From the NCBI GenBank assembly GCA_051294375.1, contig JBJCIZ010000028.1:267108-331107 (forward strand): a DNA stretch of 64,000 bases, read 5' to 3'. This document shows, one piece after another, positions 29,347 to 41,009 of the stretch (positions within the stretch are counted from its first letter, which is position 1; each line of letters opens with the position of its first letter). The position numbers and the translations under genes were made by a program. The DNA is from Paraspadella gotoi (taxonomy: Eukaryota > Animalia > Chaetognatha). The notes beneath the pieces were generated by a model. It made no database searches and had not been told where the DNA came from. It saw nothing but the letters and a program-made list of their open reading frames with translations.

Positions 29347-29563
29347 CTGTCGTCTTTTGAATCTGCGGCATCTTTTGACCTTTCACCGCCATTTCCATGG
29401 TATCATCCTGAACCAAATTTTCTTGAAAGATCCACATTGGCGACACGTTTGAATTGCAAGAAAACCGCAATGCGGATCCATGGTCACGATTTTCGATCCC
29501 CTTATGCAACGAGCATCAACGTGAAGTGAGCAGAATAATTAACCCACGACAAAATAAATTCAT
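29347..29563 (-). CDS. Variable cassette V5: signal peptide + half Ig-like domain
   Basis: ATGAAT start and hydrophobic leader, then GIENRDHGSALRFSCNSNVSPMWIFQENLVQDDTMEMAVKGQKMP..KDDR; GACAG|GTTAGT donor. Confidence 0.7.
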
Positions 29564-30128
29564 TTTGGATTTTTTTTGGAGGAAATTTATCTATCGAAGT
29601 TTGGCAAAATGAGAACTGAAAGGAAATGAGAAGACTAGTGAGGACACCTTGAGACGCAAAGAAAGTATGAACAAGACTTTGAAAAACAAAAGACAATCGG
29701 CCCTTTGTTTAATTTTGTCTCAAATTTTAGTACCGTGATTTGGATGCGTCCTAGTGAAATAGTACCTATATTTCACGAAACCCTGAAAAAAGCTACAATA
29801 CAAACTTTTTCCTCAATTTATTTATAAACTAATGATAAATATTTTCTAAATTTGAAACTAAAGAAATAAACGGTCGTTTTTGCATTAAATAATAATCAGT
29901 AAGACTTCTGCAGACGAAAATAAATTACATTTGAGGTAAAATAAAATTATTCCAACATTCCCAATAATATGAATATGTTTTATTTTGAGACAGGGTGTTT
30001 TCGATGAGCTTTTTAAAATATATCAACTTTTAACGTGAATAAAAACATATAAAAAACAGAAAACAATGAAACCAAAACAACGACAAAAAACAAAAAGAAC
30101 AACCTATCCCCCATCCAATTTTTAAAAC

Positions 30129-30376
30129 CTGTCGTCCGTAAACGCATGGACTGCCTCTTCTCTCGCAAAAGCCAAAGACAGACAACTGATCGTCGGCTTC
30201 CTTGTCGGGTTTCCAAATCGGCGGCGCGTCGGTAAAAGTCGCAACGAAAGAGACCGACGAACCGACCGGCGACCGGCGAAGTCCTTTTCCGCCGTTGCGG
30301 CGAAAAACGAGGCGAAGACTTCGCCTTTGGCGGCGAAAAATACGGCGAAGACCAAGGGCGCGAAGAAGAGCGTCAT
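30129..30376 (-). CDS. Variable cassette V4: signal peptide + half Ig-like domain
   Basis: MTLFFAPLVFAVFFAAKGEVFAS signal-like start; second frame RSPVGSSVSFV..FTDAPPIWKPDKEADD; ends FTDDR with GACAG|GTTTTA. Confidence 0.65.
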
Positions 30377-31168
30377 ATTTTAAGGAAAAGTCCTTAAAAT
30401 TTTGGCGAATTTTGCTTATGTTTATCTTTTGAGAGTTGGAGAGTGGAATTGGGCACGATAGTAAAGAAAAAGACAAAGTAGAGACCCCTGTGCTTCCCGC
30501 TTGAAGAATTTAAAAAAAAAAGAGGCAAGAAACTTTTTGCCCTGTAAGGGGTTTTATTGTTCAAGCAAAAGTTCAGACGAAAGAAAATATTTTTTTTTAT
30601 CATTTTCTCATTTGTATAAAATTTATTTATTTTGCTGCAAAAACGGATGTTTCTTTGCGCAGTCAAAATGAAGATATTGACAAATTCGTCAATAATAAAG
30701 AAATTGATAAGTTCGTTTTTTAAAAAAAAATTATAAAAATTAAAATGCATCAACAAACAACGTCAAAACAAAGATAATAAAGTTAGGCACCGAATGATAT
30801 CGCTAAAAATAGATCAAAGGAGAGATAAGTTTTTAGGAATAACCGACCGAACTGAAATAGAAACGGACAGACCAGACTTATAAAAGGACCAGATTGACCG
30901 ACAGACTGACTAATAAAGCAGACCCAACAGACTGAATTATAAAAAAGACTGGCAGACAGACTGATAAACAGACGGACAGACTCTTTGACATCTAGATGTC
31001 AAAAATGGGCCAAGTATAATCTTGACAAGAATTCAAATCACTTTTGCGCAATATCTTTTGTTAAATATCTTTTGTTAAATAACACCCTGATAGTCAGAGG
31101 AGAAACTAACTCTCTGAGAAGACTCTTGTAGCGGTACGTACGGACTTCCATTCGCCACAACTCCTCAC

Positions 31169-31363
31169 CGCGTATCTCGAACCAGGATTTCCTTTTATCC
31201 ACGACGGCGATGCTAACGCGCCACGTCGGGACTTTTTGCCAAATCGGCGAATCGCGGAGGAACAGGAGAAGGAAATATCGGCGCCGGAAGAAACGGGGGC
31301 CGAACGACGACGATAGTACCCCATTTGCATAAATTAGCCAGGGACGATTACGCAGTCCGTCAT
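31169..31363 (-). CDS. Variable cassette V3: divergent or degenerate half Ig-like domain
   Basis: ...SSGADISFSCSS.../PIWQKVP....SIAV.DKRKSWFEIR, then GTGAGG donor at the equivalent position. Start uncertain; frameshifted. Confidence 0.55.
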
Positions 31364-31876
31364 CAACTTTGATACTTTATGTCTTTTTTGATTTGCAAAT
31401 GAAAGATTTAAATGCGAGAGAAAATGGATAAAAAGTGGACGAGTAGAGAACGCAATGGAAGTTTTTTGAAAAAAAACTAAGTGGTTCTTTCTCTCTCTCT
31501 CTCGAAACAAGGAACAAGCGGAGAGATGTGCAAATTCCTAATTATTTTTTTGTTTGTTTTGTTTTTTTATTCGAATTAACGAAATGATTGTATAATGTTG
31601 ACATAATAGGCATTTATTGATACCTATTATTCATATTATTCGAAATTGGGAAAATACCTGATGGTCATACAAGAGACGGATTCGAGATAAATTAAGAGAC
31701 AATGAAGGGAAAAAACTTTATTGGACAAACAAATTTAAGAAACATTACACAATAAATCTAAATCAAAGAACAATATTTTGGAAAGTTGTAACGATGTAAG
31801 TACAGTAGAGTATCAAAAAAATGATTGCAAAGAAGGCAGCCTGTCCATAGATAAACCAAACAAAAAACAGACGCAC

Positions 31877-32124
31877 CTGTCATCCTTAAACCGGGCATCC
31901 CGCCTGACGCCCATCGCGATGCCTGACTGTCCGTCTTGACACCCGACTTTTCTCTGGCCACAAAGGGAGTTTCGGACGAATAGGCAATTGATTCAACCTC
32001 TGTCTCCCTTCGTGATCAATTTTCGTCTCGCTCTCCCTATTTGTCTCGCTCTCATTCGCGCTCGCAAGGACGGAAGAAAACGTGGTAGCGAAAAAATCGC
32101 GAGCAAAAGTCGACGACGAAGCAT
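31877..32124 (-). CDS. Variable cassette V2: signal peptide + half Ig-like domain
   Basis: Consensus with the copy at 911-1153 (frameshifts corrected): MLRRRLLLAIFSLHVFFLLCGA-NESET...VVTKGDRVEFTCLSSENPLWQRKVV..QDDSQGIAIGIRRMPRFKDDR, ending GACAG|GTGCG. Confidence 0.75.
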
Positions 32125-32816
32125 AGTTATCTATTTCTAATAATATTTATTTAGTTTAAAATATATATTTTGATTTCTTTGTTTCAATTTCAAAGATTGT
32201 TTTTCATGTGTAAAAGTTCAATTATCCTTTAAAAAATATTTAGACGACGGAGTCGTTTGAAGAGTTCTTCAGAAGCCTTGGGTTTGGTCCTTGGAAAAAG
32301 ACAGGTAGAGACTATCTGCCGTTATTTTACAATAAACAAATGACACTAATTGGTAAAAATTGGTAAAAATAGAGGCTTGAAATGAAAAAGAGGAGATACC
32401 GGTGATCAAAAGTCTTTTAATTTTTAACAGTTAGGGCAATTTGAGTGATATTTGGAATAGCGATAAATAGTGATTAATTTGGACGAATCACATCCTGGTA
32501 ACAGTAAGAAAGCTTCTTTATTTCTCTTGAACAAACTAACGATACTAACATAAACATTACACAAAAATTATTTGTAGAGGGATGTTAAAATGATGATTAA
32601 AAATGATTAATGATAAATGAGGATTAAAATGATTTTTGAAAAAATCATAGGAGCTTTTAGTACATGATTTCCGAACTTTTTGATTTTATGCTTTTATAGT
32701 TCATTTTTTAACCCAAAAAACTGTTAAACTGCGTCGCTGCTTACAAAACAAGGAAATAAACATTGATCGGCTCAACGTGGTTCAGTTTTATGAACCCTCA
32801 CCTCGAACTAACTTAC

Positions 32817-33091
32817 CTTTCGTTTGTCCTTAAATCTCGGGCATCTTCTTCTCTCCAAAGTTCGCGATTCCCGGCACTGCGGCTGCGTCGTCGGGCGACC
32901 ATCTTCAATTGCTTGACACCATTCCGGCGTGCCGAGGAATCGACCTCCAGCACCGCGGAGGCGCCGAGGACGACGACCGACGGGTCGGCATTAGGACTGC
33001 AAGGGTCGGCGGCGTGAATTATTGACAGGAGAGACGATGTAAAAACCAAAATAGAGATAAGAGTGACTGTGATCTTAGATTTGGTATTCAT
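32817..33091 (-). CDS. Variable cassette V1: signal peptide + N-terminal half of Ig-like domain
   Basis: MNTKSKITVTLISILVF..LLSII signal-like start. Consensus with the copy at 1813-2059 gives DPSVVVLGASAV[LP]ECDSSATPMW..K...DGIAIGEKKMPRFKNER, followed by AG|GTAAGT. Indels present. Confidence 0.7.
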
Positions 33092-34466
33092 TTTTTTAGT
33101 TTTATTTATGATTTATTTTTTATATTTCGTTTGTTTTTATTATTGTTTCTTCTTTTTGACAAACAGATAAGTTATTTTTGCTGTAAAATTTATTTTCTTT
33201 TCAATCAACAACTACTTGTGAGGAATGAGAATTCTGCGGAAGAAAAGCGACGAGTAGAGTCCGCTCCACCCGCCGGTGGGAACAGCAAAAAAATTGTTTT
33301 AAAAACAAAGAGAGACAGTAGCGCTGGGGCGTCAAGAGCTTAATTAAAAGTTTTGTGTCGACCAGGCTTTGCATTTAGAAATTAATTCTTCATGTCAAAT
33401 CGAGTTTTTAACTACAATCATTATAAACCGGCTGACAAAGCTCAATTAACTTCGTCTTGTATATTTACTTATTTTTTCAAGAGCTAATTTTTCGATGATT
33501 CGTGTCTCGTCTGGCTCAATCCGTAACGAATGACGTGACATCAGCGTGGGACAAACGGACGTATCAGTACCAAGGCGTGATTTGGATATGGAAGTATTTT
33601 CCCGAGTCATACTTCTGTCGGGCACACGCCTTGTCCTGCTAACGATACCTAAAATGTATTCTTACTTCGTAGGCAATAATATAATTTAATGTAATATTAT
33701 TTTTTCCTTCTTGTGTTTTGTTTTTAAAATGTGGTCGATGTACAATTGTACATGTTTAAATAAATAATTTAATAGATAAATTTAAATGTTTCTTAAACAC
33801 AATCACAAAAAAAAATGTTTGCCCGTTCACCACAGACCGCAATATATTGAAAACTCTGGTTCAAGTTAAATCAAATTGTTTTTTATTACTACTCAAATAA
33901 AAAATAAACAATTTGAGTTGTTTTTTTTTTTTTCGATCTCACAGGATTTAAGTCTTTTGTTATGAAAAAGAGTTCGGACGGCCCGACAGATTCGCCCTTC
34001 TGAGAAGAGATTTTCAAAAACAAAAAATAAATTTAAAATGTACTCGAATTTATACGTTTTGTAGACTTTTCAATTTTATTTTTACGATAAGACATCATAG
34101 TTTTTCCCAAGTTTTGTGAGAGAGGAAGAGAGAAGAGGAAGAGAGAGAGAGAGAGAGAGAGAGAGAATGGAGGAGAGTTCTCTGTTGACAAGAAAAAGAA
34201 TTCGGATAAAAAGGAGATGAGGAGGAGGAGGAGGAGGAGGAATGAAAGCAGGAGGTCAAGGACGTAGAAAGACAGACAGATGCAACTATATACATACAGA
34301 CAAATAGCGGTAATAGTATAGAAAAAATAAGTTTTTAAATACAGTTTGTGAGAGAGAGTATTAGATTGTTTATGAGCTTGATACGTAAAAAAGATGATAC
34401 AGGTTGACACTTAACTGTTGTACTAAAGCAAGTTTCAAGACAGATAGATAGAGATAGATAGATGTA

Positions 34467-34519
<53 letters not shown>

Positions 34520-35030
34520 GTAGATAGATAGATAAAGATAGATATAGACAGAAAGAAACAAACTGGTACCGCTAAGTACAATCAGTTTCTAAGAATCACT
34601 CCAATTTTAATGACCCTGAGTCAGGCCGCAGCATAAATTTAAAAAAAATCTCGTTTTAAAAATATAAAAATAAATAAAACTTTCTCAGCAACATCACAAT
34701 CATGCGAAAAACCGCTCAACCTTTTTCCGCGCTTCAAAGGCCGACGACGGGTAAGCGTCTCTCTCTCTCTCTAGGCCTTACCTTTAGGTAAGTCTAACTT
34801 TTCTAGGAATCGTCGCATCGTCGTCGGGTCGTTGCGTCGTCGTCGGTCTCGATTAATAAAAGAAAGCGACGCGTCTGGGATTCGAACACCTCCAAACTTC
34901 AGATTAAAATATGGGAAGATTTTTTTTCGGTTTCATCGTCGTGTTTTCCGGGTCGTCGGTCGTCGTTCGTCGTCGTCGACGAAGCGTTTGGAACATCGGC
35001 ACCGATCGAAAGGTAGTTGAATCATATGGT

Positions 35031-35094
<64 letters not shown>

Positions 35095-35777
35095 AGAGAG
35101 AGGAGAAAGAGTTTTTAGTTTTAAGAACCTTCAAACTCGAATGAAAGATCTATTTCGGTAAAAAACGACAATAACACATATTAGGTCATGTCACGCATCA
35201 TGGTTGTGTGACTGAGGTAATAAACCTAATTAGAAATTTATAATTTAAAACTGATTTGCATATTGCAGTACAATGTCGTTTAATCTGTAATTTGTTTTTT
35301 TTATTTTCAAAAACCCTTGGAAATAAGTTTGTCGAATAGAGTTAAACTGAGAATCCCCGTCCACTATCCAGAACAAAAATTCAGAGGGCTTTTCACGTCG
35401 CCAGAATCGGTGACCGTTACACAAATTGGTCCAACGCTTAAGATCCGAAATGGCATAATTTAATGACGTCCAAAGAATAGTCAGTAAATTATGTCAGTAT
35501 GTCTCTTACGTCATTTTATATCTTTATATCATTTGGGTCATTAATAGCCATTACATGATTATGACTTTATGTCAATTTTGTCATTGTGTCATTTTGGTCA
35601 TTACATCAATATTCTTTTACGTAATTTTACGTCATTATGTCATTTTGGTCATTATAGTCAATACGCATTAGTTTTACGTCTTTTAGTCATTATGTCATTT
35701 TGGGTCATTTTAGTCATTACGTAATTATGTCTTTTACGTCCGTCCATTAATCCGACTGTCCGCCCACCGTTCTTCAG

Positions 35778-38700
35778 ATCATAACGATTGCTAATTTTTT
35801 TTTTTTTTATCTTAAATGTTTCCATCCACGCGACAGAAAAGAACTTATTACTCGAACGACCTCAAAGACTTTGAAAAGAGAGAGTGGCTTCGCCCAGGAA
35901 AAGTAAGTTGCATTTATTTTGCGTCTGAAATTCAAGTCTTTTTCGGTACAATATTTACGTCGCATGACTGCCTTATTATGTGTATTTCTTGTGACATGAC
36001 ATAACATGACAGGACGCGATATGACATGACTACATGACTAAAATAACTTTCTTATTTGTATATTTATGACACGCACTGCGTCGGAATTCCGTCTTTATTC
36101 TTTTTAGTTTTTTTGGAAATTCTGAAGGCGGCGCTAGCATTCCTTTAGATTTGAGGTTTTTTTGTTTTAACAAATGAGCAACAGACCGACGGACAGACAT
36201 ATCGACGGACCGATCGAAAAGTGACTTATAGAGTTGCTCCGCGAGTACTCGCGACGAAACTAAAAACTAGGTTAAGTTTTGGCCTTAGGGATTGAAATAG
36301 AGGTTAGGGTTATAAATTAGGTAAGGGACTTAATTTAGGATTAGGATAGCGATTTAGGATAGTGATTTAGAGTTAGGGATCAAGTAAGTATAGAGGGATA
36401 AACTAAGTTTCGGGATGAAGGAAAGGGATATGAGTTGTTTTCGGGAAATAGTGTCAGCTAAAAATACATAAGTATAATAGGAAATTCTATTAAAAAATAT
36501 TAGGTTACGTCGGATAATGAAGTTTATTCTTATATTTTTTTCGAATATAGTATAATTCTTGGTTGAAAAAGTCAGCCATACTAAAACGTACGATAATAAA
36601 ACGTAAAAAAAATATTATCGATTAAAACGATTCCATTTCAATCCAACTATAAAAAAAAATATTTTGTTAACTTCTCTCCAACTTAGTCTGCGACATTCAG
36701 CTGAAGAATCGAATTTATCCTGGAAACGACGTAGGTCACATGACCACTCTTAAGGTTTGGTGGAAATCTCCCAAAAGTCAGTGGAATCGAATTCGAAGAG
36801 AAAATGTGGAGGAATGTCGGAGACTTTGTGAAGACAATCCGGAATGCAATGGTCAGTTGTGAAAATGTGAAATTTGTAAACGGGAATCGTGATTGCGTGA
36901 AATGGTGACTTCGTGAGTTGTGACTGTCGATGATTCATTCATTCGTTCATTCTTCATTCATTTCGTACATTCTTCATTCATTTCGTTTATTCTTCATTCA
37001 TTTCGTTCATTCTTCATTCATTTCATTCATTCTTCATTCATTTCGTTCATTCTTCATTTGTTCTTAATTTAACTTTCACAAACATTAAAAAAAACAAAAG
37101 ACTCTTAGTTCCCGATTCCGCCGCTTCGTCCTCTTCAGGCGCCACCGTCGACTACGACGTCAAATGTTGGCTCAAGAGTAAATTTTCTGGGTACAACAAA
37201 CAAAAGGCGTCGACTTCGCTCCAGTGCCGACCAGAGTCCCCGGTAGCACCGCTCGGTGAGAGAGAGAGTTTTTAACAGGATTTCTGGTGAAATAAGAATT
37301 TGAGTTAATTGTTTTCGTCACGACTTTATTACTTAATTTTTTTTTTCGATCAACCGTTGACCTAATTTATTATAATAATCGTTGTTCGAGATTTAAAACG
37401 AAAATTTTTTGTTTGTTTTATTTACAATAAAACAGACATGTTTTGACTCTTTTTTTCGAGTCCTTATCAGCGCAATGACTCTAAAAAAATGTCCGTTTTT
37501 GTTGTAAATAAAAAACATCGTTGTCGAAACGAAAAAAAAAACTAATTTTAGTTCTAAATTATCATTATTAATTATTAATTATTACGTTCATAAACATAAA
37601 ATCAGGCGAGGATTGTTGGAAACCCTGCGACGCCGGCGGACTCTGCCCCCGTCCGCCTCCACATCCGCCGCCGCCGATAACGAAGGCGGAAACGCCGGGA
37701 AACGAGACGCCGCCGCCGGAAAGGCCGATGCCGTCGCCGGAAGAGAGAATTTGGCTCTCGGCAAAAAACACTGCTCGTCGTCGCTGGGTGGAAAAGATCC
37801 TCATCGCAGTATTTGACGGGTAATATTTAATATTTATTAATGTATTAATATTTATTAGATTATTAATTTTTAAATTTTAAAATTAAATAAATGGTTAAAT
37901 TTATAATAGGTAAAATGATTAAATAATTAATTTCTTTATTTATTAATAAATTAATTTAAAAAATTGACTGGTCCGATTAATTGTTTGATTATTAATTTTT
38001 GCGAATCATTTAATATCCAATTTTTTTTTACAAATTCAATAAATGATTAAAACGTAACAAAACGAAAGTCAACATGTCTGTAAATGTAATGGGATGCTTT
38101 TGGAAAATGTGACCCCCGCCTTCCTCTCAACCCCGCCTTCAGACGGCGTGACCTGCGTCCGGGACTCCAGCGCCGCCGAACGCGTCGTCCAGACGAAGAA
38201 AGAGTCAGACCCTTGGGTTCTGATCGATCTCTGGACGCCGGCCAAGGTTTTGTTAATGAAATTGGTACAACTAATAAGAAAATTTTAAGAAAATACTTAA
38301 GGGAGTGGTCTTTTCATACAATTGAAACATTCTTTGAAATATTTTCCACTTCATTGATAGGGAAGCCAGGTACTCTGGGAGTGAATAAACGGGACTGTGA
38401 GAGAGTCTTGATTGAAAGCTTACAGGGACCTGCTATGTCATTATCTTGTAAGAGTGATGGAGGCCTTAAACCACCAAAGCCTGTCCAAAGTCAGGGGCAA
38501 GTAGCTTATTTATTAAATGAATGGATAATTTTTATATTGGTTGTACCAATTTCATATTTATTAATAAATAAATAACTATTTGTTCATTCATTGGTTTATA
38601 TATTTGTCGGTTCTTTAGTTTATTTTATTTGTTCATTTGTTTTTAATCTGTATTTGTTCGATTGGTTGTTTCTTTGTTTGTTTTTAATTTATTCATTTAT

Positions 38701-38911
38701 TTTTTTAATTCTTTTTGTTTCCTTCTTTTGTTTTTTATTTGTTATTTGTTAGCCATTTTTAATTTGTTTTCCTGTTGTTCTAAATTATCTTTCCATTTCG
38801 TTTGTTTATTTGTTTCTCGCCAATAATTGTTCAAAAATTTATTTGCTGGTTAATTAAATTATACTTTTTCCCTGCCTCTCTTCTCCTGTCTCCCTCTCCC
38901 TTCTTCCTCTA

Positions 38912-38999
<88 letters not shown>

Positions 39000-40971
39000 C
39001 CTCCCCCTATCTCTCCCTCTTCTTGGTTCCTCCCCCTCTTCCTCTCTCTCCCCCTCCTCTCCGCCAACACCCTCCCACTTCTAAAAATAGACGGCCTCGT
39101 CGTCGTGCCACAACCGACTCGACGACGATCTTCAAAAACTTCAGCTCCGCGGCCGCTAGCAGATTCAGATCCGCGTCGGCTCCAGCGCGGGGGCGTCCCT
39201 GCGGGAGAAATCCCGCCGTCTGCCGGCCTGCGGGGAATACGGGCTGGACCCGAGAAGACCGAACCGTGGATTTGTCGAGGCCCTTGGAAAGGGAGGTGGG
39301 AGAATTCGGTTTATTTTAGTCGGTTGCACTCAATAATAGTAACTTTCGGTTCCGGGTCTGTCGGTCGGCCGTCCCTCGGTGCTGTTACAATACGTTATAA
39401 TTGCTATAACAACTTCGAGTTTAGTAACTTATCAATTAGGTTCATATTCGTAAGGAGGTAAGGTCACGTAAGATGACTAACTTGCATAATATATCATGCT
39501 TGTGAAGTACGTGATCACCATAAAAAAGGCGATCACATGAAACCCAGAAATTTAATATTTGGCTTCGATTTTCGTTGCAACTTTTGTTAATTTATTTGCT
39601 GACTCGAAATAATATGTGACTACTAGCGCTGCCTTTTGTTTTNNNNNNNNNNNNNNNNNNNNNNNNNAATATCCAATTTTTTTTTACAAATTCAAAAATG
39701 ATTAAAACTGTAAAAAACGAAAGTCACATGTCTCGTAAATGTAATGGGATGCTTTTGGAAAATGTGACCCCCGCCTTCCTCTCAACCCCGCCTTCAGACG
39801 GCGTGACCTGCGTCCGGGACCCAGCGCCGCCGAACGCGTCGTCCAGACGAAGAAAGAGTCAGACCCTTGGTTTCTGATCGATCTCTGGACGCCGGCCAAG
39901 GTTTTGTTAATGAAATTGGTACAACTAATAAGAAAATTTTAAGAAAATACTTAAGGGAGTGGTCTTTTCATACAATTGAAACATTCTTTGAAATATTTTC
40001 CACTTCATTGATAGGGAAGCCAGGTACTCTGGGAGTGAATAAACGGGACTGTGAGAGAGTCTTGATTGAAAGCTTACAGGGACCTGCTATGTCATTATCT
40101 TGTAAGAGTGATGGAGGCCTTAAACCACCAAAGCCTGTCCAAAGTCAGGGGCAAGATAGCTTATTTATTAAATGAATGGATAATTTTTATATTGGTTGTA
40201 CCAATTTCATATTTATTTAATAAATAAATAACTATTTGTCATTCTTGGTTTATATATTTGTCGGTTCTTTAGTTTATTATTTGTTCATTTGTTTTTCGTT
40301 TTTTAGTAAAATGGTATTTTAAACATGAAGAAGAAATGAATCGGAATTGGAATTACAGTTCTTGTTAATAATGAAAAAACTAAATAAAAAATGATTAATT
40401 AATTAATTTACAGTTTTTGTTAGTTTATTTTTCGTTATATTCACATTATATCCACATTTCTTCTTCTCTTTTCCACACTTCGTCCACATTTCCTGTGTTC
40501 TTTTCCAAACTTCGCCCACATTTCCTCTTCTCTTATCCACACTTCGCCCACATTTTCTCTTCTCTTTTCCCCACACTTCCCTCCACACTTCCCCCCCTGT
40601 TTAGATTCGTCTTCGTCGTCGCCCCGGGTCAGACTCGCTCCCTCACCCTCTGCGAAATCACGGTCCACCCTTACCAACCTCCGCCGCTCCTTCACCCGAC
40701 TCCAGCGACCGACCTGGCGCTCCATCGACCCGCCTGTCTTTCGTCGCCCGTCGACTGGAGCGAACGACGCTCGGCCGACCGAGCGACCGACGGGCGAGCC
40801 GACACGATGGCGGTTTCGGCGGCAAAGGCCGGCCAGGGGGCGTGGTGGTACGTGGATTTGGGCAGGTGATTAAAGCAGGGACCGGATATCGGATTAGAAA
40901 AAGTAATATTAATGGAATTAATAGAATTATGACGTAATAATTACTACTATATTTAAGCAACACTACTAGAT

Positions 40972-41009
<38 letters not shown>

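Noticed and set aside
32900-33010. PSVVVLGASA resembles a flavin amine oxidase Rossmann start (VVVLGAG)
   Set aside because: No GxGxxG; paralogous cassettes align it instead as the Ig pattern G-x-x-x-x-L-x-C...W.
26640-33091. KKMPRF as an RFamide neuropeptide precursor
   Set aside because: No amidation Gly or dibasic site after RF; there is one copy per cassette, in an Ig-like context.
26640-33091. Cassettes as consecutive exons of one repeat protein
   Set aside because: Each has its own start, leader and upstream motifs rather than an in-phase acceptor.
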